Positions 36,223 to 46,568 of a stretch of 64,000 bases of DNA are shown piece by piece. The notes under the pieces are model-generated. The model was not told where the DNA came from and made no database searches. It saw only the letters and a program-made list of their open reading frames with translations. The stretch lies in assembly GCA_040752575.1 (NCBI GenBank), contig JBFMGK010000003.1:96001-160000 (forward strand). The letters are read 5' to 3'. This stretch comes from Candidatus Bipolaricaulota bacterium (GTDB taxonomy: Bacteria; Bipolaricaulota; Bipolaricaulia; UBA7950; UBA9294). Both the position numbers and the translations under genes were made by a program. Position 1 is the first letter of the stretch. Every line of letters begins with the position of its first letter.

Positions 36223-38347
36223 ACTCTCGTCTCTGTTGGCCCCCTACGGCGTTGCCGTTGTGGGCGCGGGCCCCGCTTCAGGATCTGTCGGCGGGGAGAT
36301 CCTGCGTAACCTGGTGCGCTGCGGCCACAGCGGACCTCTCTACGCGGTGAACCCGAAGTACGACGAGGTCGCCGGAGTACCCTGCATGCCGTCAGTCGAC
36401 AGGCTGCCTGACTTCGTGGACCTTGCCATCCTTGCCGTCCCGCGCGACGCCGTCCTCCGCATCGTAGACGCGTGCGGAGGCAGGGGAATCAGAAACCTGA
36501 TCATCGTGACGGCAGGGTTCAAGGAGAGCGGCCGCGAGGGCGCCGAGCTTGAAGACGCTCTTCGGCACCTCATCGCCCGTCACCGCCTGCGCGTCATCGG
36601 GCCTAATTGCATGGGGATCCTGCGCCGCACGGGGGAAGTGCAGCTCAACGCTTCGTTCTCCCGCTGGTTCCCCGAGGGAGGCAACATCGCATTCATCTCG
36701 CAGAGCGGGTCGCTGGGCGAGACGCTCCTCGAGTGTTTCGCCGAGGCCGGTCTGGGCGTTTCGCTCTTCGTCAACCTTGGAAACCGCGCCGGTCTCACCG
36801 AAGACGACTTCCTTGCCGAACTCGCTGACGACCCATCGTGCGGTGCCGTGTTCCTGTACTTGGAGAGCTTTGCCAACCCGGCGGCGTTCCGCCGCCTCGT
36901 CGAAGACATGGCTCCCCGCAAACCCGTGGTCGTCCTCAAGGCCGGGCGCACCGAAGCGGGCGCGGCAGCCGTTGCGTCGCACACAGGATCGTTGGCGAGT
37001 TCAGATGCGATCGTCGACGCCTTTCTTCGCCAGTCGGGCGCGCTGCGTGTGACGACTGTTCAGGAGACCCTGACGGCACTTCGTGCATTGGAGCGGCGCG
37101 TGCTCCCGAAGGGGCGCCGGACGCTCGTCCTCACGAACGCCGGCGGTGCAGGCATCCTTGCCGCGGACGCCTGCGAACGTGCCGGCCTCGACGTCCCGCG
37201 GCTCTCCGAGGACGTGCAAGACGCGTTGCGCAGCGTCCTTGTTCCCGAGGCAGGAACTGGAAACCCGGTGGACCTGCTGGCGACGGCGGGAGCCCGGGCG
37301 TACGAAGCGGCGATCGACATCGGGCTGCGCGAAGCGGACGCGGCGGTCGTCATCTTCCGCCCACCCCTCGTTCTGCCCGATCCGCCCGTGGCGGTGGCCG
37401 ACGCGGTGATCTCAGCGGCTTCTCGGTGGCCTGACAAGCCTGTTGTCGTGAGCACTCTGAGCGAGCAATCTACCGAGATCACAGAACGATTCCACGCCGC
37501 TCGGCTCCCGGTCTTTGCGATGCCCGAGACGGCCGTCGAAGCGCTGTCTGTCCTCGCTCGCGCCTCGCTCGTTCAGAAGCGACAGACCGAAGACGTACCG
37601 GTCTCCTACTCCGTGGCAACCGCGCAGCGCGTCATCCGCGATGCTCGGCGGGAAACCCGCATCGGGCTGACGTTCTCCGAAGGAGCCACCCTGTTGTCGG
37701 CGTATGGGATCGGTGTCTGCGCGAGTCGGTACGTGGGGGCCGCCGAGGACCTACGTGCGGCGGTCGCCGGGATGCGGTTTCCCCTGGCGGCGAAGCTGGA
37801 CTCGCCTCAACTCCTGCACCGAGTCGAGGAGAACGCGGTCGCGCTCGATCTGAAGGATCCGGGAGACGTAAAGCGAGCCGTGGAACGTCTTCTTCGCTCT
37901 CCGGTTGCGGCGGCGCTGCCCGACGCCCGTGTGCTCGTGCAGGAGATGCAGCGGGGGCGAGAACTCATCCTTGGCGTGAAGCGCGACGGAGCCTTCGGAC
38001 CGGTCGTCATGTTCGGCATCGGGGGAACCTACGTTGAGGCCTTCCACGACGTTGCGTTCGCCGTGGCGCCGCTCACCCAACGCGATGCGATCTCCATGGT
38101 GAGCTCGATCCGCGCGGCGCGGCTGCTGGGGGCGTTCCGCGGCCAGCCGGCCGTCGATCTTGGCGCCCTTACCCGGGCACTCGTCGCTCTCGGCCAACTG
38201 GCGCTCGACGTTCGCGACATCGAGGAGATCGACGTCAATCCTCTGTTCGCTGATGCCGAGAACCTGACTGCCGTGGACGTGCTGGTGAGGCTTTCATCGC
38301 CCGTACCTAGGGATAGAGGCGGTGAATCTGCCGCGGAAACGGAATGA
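36212..38347 (+). CDS. Acyl-CoA synthetase (NDP-forming), fused alpha-beta (acetate--CoA ligase family)
   Basis: GPNCMG, ISQSGSLG, ASHTGSLA (phospho-His), TNAGGAG, NPVDL; ATP-grasp FGPVVMFGIGG and EIDVNPL. Confidence 0.92.
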   Translation: MGGELSSLLAPYGVAVVGAGPASGSVGGEILRNLVRCGHSGPLYAVNPKYDEVAGVPCMPSVDRLPDFVDLAILAVPRDAVLRIVDACGGRGIRNLIIVTAGFKESGREGAELEDALRHLIARHRLRVIGPNCMGILRRTGEVQLNASFSRWFPEGGNIAFISQSGSLGETLLECFAEAGLGVSLFVNLGNRAGLTEDDFLAELADDPSCGAVFLYLESFANPAAFRRLVEDMAPRKPVVVLKAGRTEAGAAAVASHTGSLASSDAIVDAFLRQSGALRVTTVQETLTALRALERRVLPKGRRTLVLTNAGGAGILAADACERAGLDVPRLSEDVQDALRSVLVPEAGTGNPVDLLATAGARAYEAAIDIGLREADAAVVIFRPPLVLPDPPVAVADAVISAASRWPDKPVVVSTLSEQSTEITERFHAARLPVFAMPETAVEALSVLARASLVQKRQTEDVPVSYSVATAQRVIRDARRETRIGLTFSEGATLLSAYGIGVCASRYVGAAEDLRAAVAGMRFPLAAKLDSPQLLHRVEENAVALDLKDPGDVKRAVERLLRSPVAAALPDARVLVQEMQRGRELILGVKRDGAFGPVVMFGIGGTYVEAFHDVAFAVAPLTQRDAISMVSSIRAARLLGAFRGQPAVDLGALTRALVALGQLALDVRDIEEIDVNPLFADAENLTAVDVLVRLSSPVPRDRGGESAAETE

Positions 38348-39602
38348 CCTCGCGGATGTGCCCGACGCCGCAGATCCATGTGATGACCCGTTCAAGTCCC
38401 ATGCCGAATCCAGCGTGGGGAACCGACCCGAAGCGGCGCAGATCGATATACCATTCGTACGCGGCGCGCGGGAGGCGATTCTCCTCGAGCTGCGCAATCA
38501 ACTCGTCCTCGCGGTCAACGCGCTGACTGCCCCCGATGATCTCGCCGTATCCGTCCGGAGCGATGAGATCGGCAGCGAGGACGCGTGATGGGTCTGCGGG
38601 ATCTCGCTTCATGTAGAACGGCTTCATTCCGACGGGGAATCGCTCCACGAACACGGGGCGCCCAAAGTGGCCGCCCAGAGTCTCCTCTTCGGGAGCCCCA
38701 AAGTCGTCGCCGAAGGTCACGGCATGTCCTCGGTCGGCCAGCAACTGGATCGCATCTCCGTAGTCGATCCGCGCAAACGGCTGACGCACCGACGCAAGGA
38801 GCGCTTCCACGTCTCGGTCGAGCGCCGCGAGGTCCTCCGCCCGCTCGGCGACAACCGTCTCGACGAGGAAACGCACGAGGTCTTCCTGCAGGGCTAGGTT
38901 GGCTTCATGATCGGCGAAGGCCATCTCTGCTTCGGCAATCCAGAACTCCGTCACATGCTTGCGCGTCTTGGACTTCTCGGCGCGAAACGCGGGGCCGATC
39001 CAGTACACCTTTCCGAGGGCCATCGCTGTCGCTTCAAGGTACAGCTGGCCGCTCTGACTGAGATACGCCGGCTCGCCGAAGTAGTCGAGCTCGAAGAGCG
39101 TGGTCGTTCCCTCGACAGAGGCCCCGGTTAGGATGGGCGCCTCCGTGGCCACAAAGTCCCGCTGGTGAAAGAACTCGCGGAACGCCCGGAAGGCGGCGTC
39201 GCGGACGCGCAGGATGGGAACCTGTCTTCCCGTACGGATCCAGAGGTGCCGATGGTCGAGGAGGAAACCTGGCGTCTGCTCCTTGAGTTCGATCGGGAAG
39301 TCGGCCGTTGGCTCGTGGACGACCTCCACGGACCGAAGCTGCATCTCGCAACCGCTGGGGGCGCGACGTTCCTCGCGCAGGCGTCCCGAGATGAGCAAGG
39401 ACGTCTCACGAGCGAGGCGGCTGACCTTCGCAAACAGCGCCGAGTCGTCGCTCTCCGAGAGAACGGCCTGCAGAGTTCCCGTTCCATCGCGCAGCTGGAG
39501 AAACACGATCTTCCCGCTCGACCGCTTGTTGTACATCCAGCCCCGGAGCGTCACGTCTTCGCCGGCGTGGTCACGCGCTTCGGAGATCGAGATGGTCGTC
39601 AT
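38307..39602 (-). CDS. asnS: Asparagine--tRNA ligase
   Basis: RSSGKIVFLQLRDGTG, RHLWIR, YLSQSGQLYLE, FRAEKSKTRKHVTEFW, GEIIGGSQR and PHAGFGMGLER. Confidence 0.95.
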   Translation of the reverse strand: MTTISISEARDHAGEDVTLRGWMYNKRSSGKIVFLQLRDGTGTLQAVLSESDDSALFAKVSRLARETSLLISGRLREERRAPSGCEMQLRSVEVVHEPTADFPIELKEQTPGFLLDHRHLWIRTGRQVPILRVRDAAFRAFREFFHQRDFVATEAPILTGASVEGTTTLFELDYFGEPAYLSQSGQLYLEATAMALGKVYWIGPAFRAEKSKTRKHVTEFWIAEAEMAFADHEANLALQEDLVRFLVETVVAERAEDLAALDRDVEALLASVRQPFARIDYGDAIQLLADRGHAVTFGDDFGAPEEETLGGHFGRPVFVERFPVGMKPFYMKRDPADPSRVLAADLIAPDGYGEIIGGSQRVDREDELIAQLEENRLPRAAYEWYIDLRRFGSVPHAGFGMGLERVITWICGVGHIREVIPFPRQIHRLYP

Positions 39603-39666
39603 GGTTCCTCCCTGCCGCTCGGCCGGAGAGGGTAGGAAACGCGAGGTGCGAATGCAAGCTGCATCC

Positions 39667-41070
39667 TCAGGAGATGTCCGTCGATGTGGCGGGCTCGACC
39701 TCGCGGATCACCCGTCGGGTCCAGTTTCCCGACAGGAAGAACGCGAGTGCGATGGCCGCCGTGCCGAAGTTTGATGCGAGCATGGCCCACCAGACCGCGA
39801 ACGGTCCCATGTGCAGCGCGAACTCCAGGACGTAGACCAGGGGGACTCGCAACGCCCAAAGCCGGAACAAATCGAAGAACATCGAATGTCCCGTGCGGCC
39901 TGCCCCTTGGTACACGCCCATGATGACCTGGATCACACCCATGAACGGAAACGCGAAGGCCACGAGGAGGAGCATGTCCTGCCCCACGGCGATCACTTCG
40001 AGGTCGGACACGAAGACGCGCATGAGCGATGTGCGCAGCGCGAGGACGAACCCAGCGGCAACCACAAGGATTGCCGAAGACCATGCCATTCCCGCCCATG
40101 CCGATCGACGAGCCCGTTGGGGCTTCCCCGCTCCGAGGTTCTGTCCGACCATCGTTGCGGTGGCCTGACCGAGTCCCATGGCGGGCATCAACGCAAACGA
40201 GATGAACGCGTTCCCGATGCCGAACGCACTCAACACGACGGTGCCGATGCGCGCCAGCGCTCCGTTCATGATCGCAAAGCCTAGAGCCGTTCCCGACTGG
40301 CCGATGGACGCGAGGCCTCCGATCGATACGATGCGACGCACGAGCGGCCACCGGAGCCGGAGGTCGGTACGATGGATGTGGACGCCGACGCGACCCGAGA
40401 AGAGAAGCGCGTAACCGACGATACACATGCTCGTGCGCGCGATGACCGTGGCCAAGGCCGCGCCGGCCACCCCCCAGCGAGGGAACGGCCCCGGGCCGAA
40501 GATCAGAAGAGGGTCTAGGGCTGCATTGAGCGCGACCGATCCTGCCATGAGCCACAGTGGAGTCACCGTGTCTCCGACGCCGTTGAGAAGAGCCGTCACG
40601 ACGAACGTGCCGAACATCGCAGGCAGCCCGGCGTAGAGGATCCGCAGATAGATCGAAGCAGCGTCCGTGAGAGCCGGCTCGGCGCCCATCAAGGCCAAGA
40701 GGGGGCGCGCCGCGAAGAACCCCGCCGCAGCGAGGATCACGGACAGAAAGGCGGTGAACGCCATCGTCTGACCTGCAAAGAGGTTGGCGTCTTCGTGACG
40801 GCCAGCCCCCGTGTACTGCGCTACCAGGGCGGTTCCGGCGATCGTCATCCCCCCGCCAACCGAGAGGACAAGAAACACGAGGGGCCATGACAGAGCGAGT
40901 GCTGCGATCCCCACGGCGCTGAAGCGGGCAAGCCAGAAACGATCGGTGAAATTGTACAGGGTTTGCAGAAGGTTCGACAGCATGATCGGCCACGCCAGGC
41001 GCAAGAGCGAAGGCGAGATGGGGCCTTCGGTGAGCCGGCGGCGCAAGGCGTCGGGAATCTCCCTGGGCAT
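39667..41070 (-). CDS. MATE-family efflux transporter
   Basis: LLRLAWPIMLSNLLQTLYNFTD, GDTVTPL, LDPLLIFG, GVAGAALATV and VGQNLGAG. Confidence 0.95.
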   Translation of the reverse strand: MPREIPDALRRRLTEGPISPSLLRLAWPIMLSNLLQTLYNFTDRFWLARFSAVGIAALALSWPLVFLVLSVGGGMTIAGTALVAQYTGAGRHEDANLFAGQTMAFTAFLSVILAAAGFFAARPLLALMGAEPALTDAASIYLRILYAGLPAMFGTFVVTALLNGVGDTVTPLWLMAGSVALNAALDPLLIFGPGPFPRWGVAGAALATVIARTSMCIVGYALLFSGRVGVHIHRTDLRLRWPLVRRIVSIGGLASIGQSGTALGFAIMNGALARIGTVVLSAFGIGNAFISFALMPAMGLGQATATMVGQNLGAGKPQRARRSAWAGMAWSSAILVVAAGFVLALRTSLMRVFVSDLEVIAVGQDMLLLVAFAFPFMGVIQVIMGVYQGAGRTGHSMFFDLFRLWALRVPLVYVLEFALHMGPFAVWWAMLASNFGTAAIALAFFLSGNWTRRVIREVEPATSTDIS

Positions 41071-41121
41071 GGCGCCAGTTTACCGCGGATGCCGTTCTCT
41101 CTCCGTCCGACGTGCGCTGGC

Positions 41122-41151
41122 GTTGACAAATGTCAACACATGACTTAGGCT
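41122..41151 (+). promoter_or_regulatory. Promoter with overlapping palindromic operator
   Basis: GTTGACA-AA-TGTCAAC inverted repeat (41122-41137) contains a TTGACA -35; TAGGCT -10 lies 17 nt downstream (41146-41151). Confidence 0.78.
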
Positions 41152-41161
41152 TCCCTACGCG

Positions 41162-41854
41162 ATGGAAAAGAGAACGTTCGGCGACATTCTGCGCGAGAAC
41201 CGGCTGCGCAAAGGGGTCAGCCTGCGTCAGCTCGCAGGGGCCACGGGAATCGACTACAGCCGCCTCTCGAGGATGGAAACGGGAACTCGACCGGCTCCCG
41301 ATCTCACGGCGCTGCGCAAGTTGGCGAGAGCGCTGGACCTTGAACTCGCGGATCTCGTCGTCTCGGCGGGGACGGCCCGGGAGATTGTCGACGATCTTCT
41401 GTGGAACGAACGCCTCCATGTAGGCGAAGCCCTGGCCGACGTAGCGGCCTACGAGCCCGGAGCTTCCCCGCTGGCGAAGAAGAACCGCTTCCGGGTCCAG
41501 GTGACTTCACGAAACGGGGCGCGATGTGTCATCCGCCTCGGCGGCGAGTCTCTCGTTGTCTTCTCGTTTTCCCGCGCGGTGATTCTCGACGTCGAGTTGC
41601 CTCCCCAGATGGCCTGTCTGTTTCGGGACGATCCCCGAGACGCGCTCGCTACCGCGGAGAACGTAATGCAGGGGAGCGTCAGAAAGGCGAGGCGTCTTGG
41701 GCAGTTGGTCAACACCGTCCTTGAGGTTCGAGGCGCATCGATCAACTCCTTGGAGTCCGTAACGTCGTTCGACGAACGAGGGCTGACGGTTGGGGAGCCA
41801 GCGTTCGTCTGGATCCCGGCGGCGGCGATTCGGACGCAGCCGGCAATTTCATAG
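41162..41854 (+). CDS. XRE-type HTH regulator with C-terminal TOBE-like domains
   Basis: FGDILRENRLRKGVSLRQLAGATGIDYSRLSRMETG; C-terminal AENVMQGSV...SLESVTSFDERGLTVGEPAFVWIPAAAI resembles the ModE/Mop TOBE domain. Confidence 0.82.
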   Translation: MEKRTFGDILRENRLRKGVSLRQLAGATGIDYSRLSRMETGTRPAPDLTALRKLARALDLELADLVVSAGTAREIVDDLLWNERLHVGEALADVAAYEPGASPLAKKNRFRVQVTSRNGARCVIRLGGESLVVFSFSRAVILDVELPPQMACLFRDDPRDALATAENVMQGSVRKARRLGQLVNTVLEVRGASINSLESVTSFDERGLTVGEPAFVWIPAAAIRTQPAIS

Positions 41855-41864
41855 GAGGAAGGAC

Positions 41865-43346
41865 ATGCGTACGTTCGTCGTGATGGCAGGGGTCATCCTG
41901 GCGCTTGGGGTTGCGGCGACGGGGGCGACATCGTGGGTCGTCACCGTGGCCCATGGAGACCGTTCGGTCGAGGTGGACCTTCCGCTGACGGAGGCGTCGG
42001 TCGGAGGGACCGTCGCGTATCAAGGGCCGGTGATGACCCCCGGAGACGAGAACTGGAAGTCCGCGCGGTCGTACACGGGTATTCCCCTGACGGCGCTGCT
42101 GGCGAACGTCGGAGGGATGTCCGAAGGTGACGTCCTCTCGGTCATCGCGGGAGATGGTTACGAAAAGAAGCTCCCGTACGCGGCGATCTACGGCGAGACG
42201 CCTGCGGGAACGGCCATCCTTGGCATCGAGGTGGGCTCCGACGGTGACGACGCGCCGATCCTTGCGTTTCTTCCGCCCGACGGGCAGTTCTCCAACGACG
42301 ACATGTTGGCCGCGTTGGGGGAGGAGTACGCGCACTACTTCGGGCAGGCTCCGTCGACGACCGGCCTGTTGGTGAAAGGCGTCGCCTACCTCATCGTGAA
42401 CTACGACGGCGGCGATCGACCGACGGCCTCCGAGGAAGCCGCGGTGGCGGCGGGGCCGGCGGAGGGCACCGTCCTGACCGTCGTGCGTGGCGGCGAGACG
42501 TTCGCGTATACGATGGCCGACCTGGAGATGCTGGAATCGTTGACCGCGCCCGGCACCTTCACGAACTCGGCGGGCGTCGACTACAGTGCAACCTACACGG
42601 GGATTCCCTTCTCCGCGCTGATCGGCGATGCGCCGGCTGACGCGACCGTTCGCGTCTACGCGGCGGACGGCTACTCCATGAACTACCCGGCGAGCCAGCT
42701 CATGGATTCGACGGAGGGCACGTGGGTCGTCGCCTACCAGGTCAACGGTTGGTACATGCCCCTGGATCCCGGCTATCTGCGAATCGTCCAGATCGGCGAC
42801 GCCAATCCCCACTTCACAAGCTCGCTCTCCGCACGCATGGTGAAGCGGATCGAGGTGCTCGGCGAGTACACTTCGTACGCGCTGACGCTCGTTGGAGAGA
42901 CGACGCGCACCTTCAGCCGCGGCGAACTCGAGGCGGGAATCGGCTGCCCGTGCCACACCGCGACGGTGACGGTGACGTCGAAGGGCGAGACGGCGACCTA
43001 CTCTGGGCTTCCTCTGTGGCGGCTCTTGGCCTATGTCGACGGGGGCACGGCACCCGCCGACGACGAAGGCATCCACTACAACGATGAGGACTTCGATGCG
43101 ACAAGAGCCGGCGCCGGCTACACGATCACGCTCCAAGCCGAGGACGGCTACGCGCAGACGGTCTCCTCGGCCGTTGTCGCGGGCGATGATCGGTTCCTCG
43201 TCGCGTTCAAGAAGAACGGCGCCTTCCTGGATGCGTCGAGCGATGGAGCCATGCGCTTCGTCTTCGACGATTCGGTCGTGCTTCCTGAAGGGAAGAGCCT
43301 CAAGTCGGTGAAGTTCCTGACGACGATCCTCCTCACCCTCGAGTAG
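41865..43346 (+). CDS. Secreted protein with three molybdopterin-oxidoreductase-like (SO/MsrP-fold) domains
   Basis: Signal peptide; three repeats of Y[TS]G[IL]P[LF]xxL[LI]...A[GAE]DGY; CPCH in the third repeat. Confidence 0.75.
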   Translation: MRTFVVMAGVILALGVAATGATSWVVTVAHGDRSVEVDLPLTEASVGGTVAYQGPVMTPGDENWKSARSYTGIPLTALLANVGGMSEGDVLSVIAGDGYEKKLPYAAIYGETPAGTAILGIEVGSDGDDAPILAFLPPDGQFSNDDMLAALGEEYAHYFGQAPSTTGLLVKGVAYLIVNYDGGDRPTASEEAAVAAGPAEGTVLTVVRGGETFAYTMADLEMLESLTAPGTFTNSAGVDYSATYTGIPFSALIGDAPADATVRVYAADGYSMNYPASQLMDSTEGTWVVAYQVNGWYMPLDPGYLRIVQIGDANPHFTSSLSARMVKRIEVLGEYTSYALTLVGETTRTFSRGELEAGIGCPCHTATVTVTSKGETATYSGLPLWRLLAYVDGGTAPADDEGIHYNDEDFDATRAGAGYTITLQAEDGYAQTVSSAVVAGDDRFLVAFKKNGAFLDASSDGAMRFVFDDSVVLPEGKSLKSVKFLTTILLTLE

Positions 43347-43352
43347 GGCAGC

Positions 43353-44390
43353 GTGAACGCTGTGCGTGGAGAGGGGCGCGGCCGCTTGGAGATCCGCGAT
43401 CTGGTTCTCATTGCGCTCCTCTCCGCGGCCGGCGGGGTCCTATCGACCTACATCGGCTATCTCGGGAATCTTGTGAACCGCATGTTCGGCGTCCCGTTCG
43501 GCGCCGGGCAGATCATCGCGGGGTTCCACGTGATCTGGCCGCTGCTTGCCCGAGCGCTCGTAGGGCGTTTCGGATCCGGAACCCTGACCGGTTTGACCAA
43601 AGGGGCCGTGGAGCTGTTCACCGGCGGAACGCATGGCGCGGTCATCGTTTTCATCTCCGCGATCGAAGGGCTGTTCGTCGACGTCGGGCTGTCCGTGACC
43701 CGCCGCCGTTCGCTTCCAACCACAATGCTCGCGGGTGCGCTGGCCAGCGCATCGAACGTTGTCGTGTTCCAGGCGATCTACTTCTCCGGCGTAGCGCTGG
43801 GTTTCCTGGGTACGATGGTCGGTCTGGCCCTCGTCTCGGGCGCCGTGTTTGGGGGGTATCTGGCTTGGGATCTCGAGACCCTGTTGGTTCGGTCGCGAGT
43901 TGTGGCGGCGAAGCCGAGCGAGCCGCGCAGCCTGAGCCCATGGCGTCGCGGGGCCGTGCTGCTGCTGGTCGGCGCCTTCCTCGCCGGGGCCGTCGGATTC
44001 TACGTGTTGGTGTTCGACCCGTTCTCCTCGCCGGGGACGGCGGAGGTGCAGGGCGCCGTTGAGGTCACGGATCCGTTCTTCTACAGCGAAGATGCCTGGA
44101 CGGAGCGGACGGTGAATGCCGAGCTGCGCGGAAGCGCAACTTACGTCCCGCCAGCCAACTACACGGGGATCCCCCTCCAAGCGATCCTCGCGCGTGCTTC
44201 ACCTCGGGATGAGGCGACGCGCCTACGCGTCGTTGCCTTCGACGGGTACGAGGCTGAGTTTGTCCTGGCCGACGTTCTTGACGATCCGAACCTCCTCCTC
44301 ACGTTCGACGGCGAAGCCCTGCGGCTTGTCGCCCCAGGGTACGATGGCGCGTATTGGGTTCGGCAGGTGGTTCGACTTGTCGTGGAGTAG
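43353..44390 (+). CDS. ECF transporter S component fused to a molybdopterin-oxidoreductase-like domain
   Basis: N-terminal 6-TM region of the YkoE-like type (IRDLVLIALLSAAGG...GTLTGLTKGAVELFTG...EGLFVD), an extra TM, then YTGIPLQAIL...VAFDGY...LRLVAP...WVRQVVRLVVE. Confidence 0.78.
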   Translation: MNAVRGEGRGRLEIRDLVLIALLSAAGGVLSTYIGYLGNLVNRMFGVPFGAGQIIAGFHVIWPLLARALVGRFGSGTLTGLTKGAVELFTGGTHGAVIVFISAIEGLFVDVGLSVTRRRSLPTTMLAGALASASNVVVFQAIYFSGVALGFLGTMVGLALVSGAVFGGYLAWDLETLLVRSRVVAAKPSEPRSLSPWRRGAVLLLVGAFLAGAVGFYVLVFDPFSSPGTAEVQGAVEVTDPFFYSEDAWTERTVNAELRGSATYVPPANYTGIPLQAILARASPRDEATRLRVVAFDGYEAEFVLADVLDDPNLLLTFDGEALRLVAPGYDGAYWVRQVVRLVVE

Positions 44391-45822
44391 CGACTTCGAT
44401 CTCGAAGTGCGCGACCTCGTCGTGCGCTACGGCGATCGGCAGGAACCGGCTCTGGACGGAATCTCCGAGGTCATCGAGCGGGGAGAGGTCGTCGCGATCT
44501 CGGGTCCTTCGGGTTGCGGGAAGACGACGCTTTGCCGCGTCCTCTGCGGCGTGATTCCCGGGCTTGTCCCGGCTCAGGTCACCGGGGAGGCTCGGCTGGG
44601 GGACAGGCGGATCGGCCACGAGGGGGCCGAGATGCTGGCGTCGTCGATCGGCTTTGTGCAGCAGGACGCCGATGCGCAGATCTGCACTCTCAGCGTCTGG
44701 CAAGAGGTGGCCTTCGGTCCGGAGAACTTGCGGCTTGCGGAGGAGGAGATCCGGACGCGGGTTGCGGACGCCCTTAGCGACCTAGGGATCGAGTCTCTCC
44801 GAGACCGAAAGACGACGACGCTCTCCGGCGGAGAGAAGCAACGATTGGCCGTCGCCTCGGTCCTCGCAATGCGCCCCGGCATCCTCCTTCTCGACGAGCC
44901 GACTGCGAATCTCGACCCGCGCGGCGTTCAGCAGCTCTTCGCCCTGCTCGCGCGAACCACGCACCGCGAAGCGCAGACCCTGATTCTTGTCGAGCATCGG
45001 GTCGAAGCCCTGCGTTCGCTGGCCCCACGCCTGGTCTTGTTGGAACGTGGCAGAATCGTCCGACGCCTCTCGGCATACGCGCCATGGGATCTCTCCCCCC
45101 TTGGATTGAGGGGAGACTGGCCTCCCGCGGCGTCGGAGACGAAGGCGAGCTTGACTCTCGCCTCCGCGCGCCATGTCACCTTCCGCTATCGCGACGGCGG
45201 GCCGTTGATCGAGGACCTGAGCCTCGACCTGCGCGGCGGCGAAGTGCTTGCCGTGATCGGCCCCAACGGTGGCGGAAAGACGTCGCTTCTGCGTCTTCTT
45301 GCCGGCCTCGCGCAGCCGCTCGAGGGGCGCGTGGAGCGCCCTCGCACGGTTCGCGTGGGCTTTGTCTTCCAGCATCCGCACCACCAGATCTTCGAGCGTA
45401 CGGTGCGGCGTGAGATCTGCTTTGCCCCCGCGTTGTCCCCCGAGAACGGGGAGTCCCGTCTGCGCGAGGCACGGCTCGACCACGTCGCCGGCGCGGCGCC
45501 TCTTTCGCTGAGTTTGGGCGAACAACGCCGGCTCACCGTCGCGACGGCGATGGCGCAACACCCCAACATCCTGCTGTTGGATGAGCCGTTCATCGGACAA
45601 GACCGACAAAACGTGCTGTGGGTCATCTCGTGCCTTCGGCGCGTCGTGGCCGAGGGGGGAGCCGTCGTCCTCGTGACGCACGACATTCCCCTCGTCGACG
45701 CACTGGCTGACCGAGTGCTGTTTCTCGACCGCCGCACGGCCCTCCTCGGACGTCGCGACGAGGTCTTTGCATCGTTGCGTGAACGGGGCGACACGCCGTT
45801 CACTCCGGAGGCGTGGCGTTGA
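44377..45822 (+). CDS. ECF transporter fused double ATPase (A-A')
   Basis: Two Walker A motifs (GPSGCGKTT, GPNGGGKTS), EVAFGPENL, LSGGEKQR/LSLGEQRR and LLDEPTANLD/LLDEPFIGQD. Confidence 0.92.
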   Translation: MSWSSDFDLEVRDLVVRYGDRQEPALDGISEVIERGEVVAISGPSGCGKTTLCRVLCGVIPGLVPAQVTGEARLGDRRIGHEGAEMLASSIGFVQQDADAQICTLSVWQEVAFGPENLRLAEEEIRTRVADALSDLGIESLRDRKTTTLSGGEKQRLAVASVLAMRPGILLLDEPTANLDPRGVQQLFALLARTTHREAQTLILVEHRVEALRSLAPRLVLLERGRIVRRLSAYAPWDLSPLGLRGDWPPAASETKASLTLASARHVTFRYRDGGPLIEDLSLDLRGGEVLAVIGPNGGGKTSLLRLLAGLAQPLEGRVERPRTVRVGFVFQHPHHQIFERTVRREICFAPALSPENGESRLREARLDHVAGAAPLSLSLGEQRRLTVATAMAQHPNILLLDEPFIGQDRQNVLWVISCLRRVVAEGGAVVLVTHDIPLVDALADRVLFLDRRTALLGRRDEVFASLRERGDTPFTPEAWR

Positions 45823-46568
45823 GCGACGTGGGCCTGCACGGCACATCTCCTCTGGCCAACGTCTTTCTGCTCCTTTGTCTTGTCGGGGCCACGCTGGCCG
45901 CCCCGAGCCTCGCGGCGGCCGGAGTCGTTCTGACGGCGATGGCGGCCCTTGCGGTTGCATCCGGCGAACGCCCCCTTTCTCTTCTGCCGCGACTTCGCCG
46001 CCTCCTTGTCTTCGCCTTCGTGCTGTTTCTTGCCCAGGCTCTGTCGACTCGCGGTGGAACGGCCCTCGTTACGTGGCCGGTTCGCATCACGGACGCGGGG
46101 ATGATCGCGGGCGGACGGATGGCTGTGCGATTCCTGACGATCCTCTCGGCCAGCGCGCTGTTCGTGCGCACGACGGACCCTGACCGGCTATCGCAGGCGC
46201 TCGTTCGTCTGGGCATTCCGTATCGCTTTGGCGCGCTTCTCGTGCTGTCCCTTCGTTTCGTGCCGTTCTTCGAAGACGAGCTTCGGTCCGTGCGCGAAGC
46301 GCAGAAGATCAGAGGGCTCGCGGCCTCGGTTCGCAGTCCACGTCGGCTTCTCCAGTCCGCACGATACACGTTCCTTCCCGTGCTCGTGTCCGGGCTCTAC
46401 CGCGTGGATGCCATCACCATTTCCATGAAGACGAGGGGGTTCGGCCTCTACCCGGATCGAACCACCGCCCGCCCGATGCACCGCAGCCCGTGGACGATTC
46501 TGACGCTGTTCGTCGCGGCCCTCGCGTTGGCTGCGGCGCTCGCGATCGAAACCAGGGGGTGGGGATGA
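45813..46568 (+). CDS. ECF transporter transmembrane component T (EcfT/CbiQ)
   Basis: TTDPDRLSQAL, LSLRFVPFF, AQKIRG and SMKTRGF coupling-helix Arg motifs. Confidence 0.92.
   Translation: MALSDVGLHGTSPLANVFLLLCLVGATLAAPSLAAAGVVLTAMAALAVASGERPLSLLPRLRRLLVFAFVLFLAQALSTRGGTALVTWPVRITDAGMIAGGRMAVRFLTILSASALFVRTTDPDRLSQALVRLGIPYRFGALLVLSLRFVPFFEDELRSVREAQKIRGLAASVRSPRRLLQSARYTFLPVLVSGLYRVDAITISMKTRGFGLYPDRTTARPMHRSPWTILTLFVAALALAAALAIETRGWG

Noticed and set aside
39599..41419. 606-aa minus-strand ORF and many similar long Arg/Pro/Ala-rich ORFs
   Set aside because: Alternative-frame or antisense shadows of well-supported genes, expected in high-GC DNA
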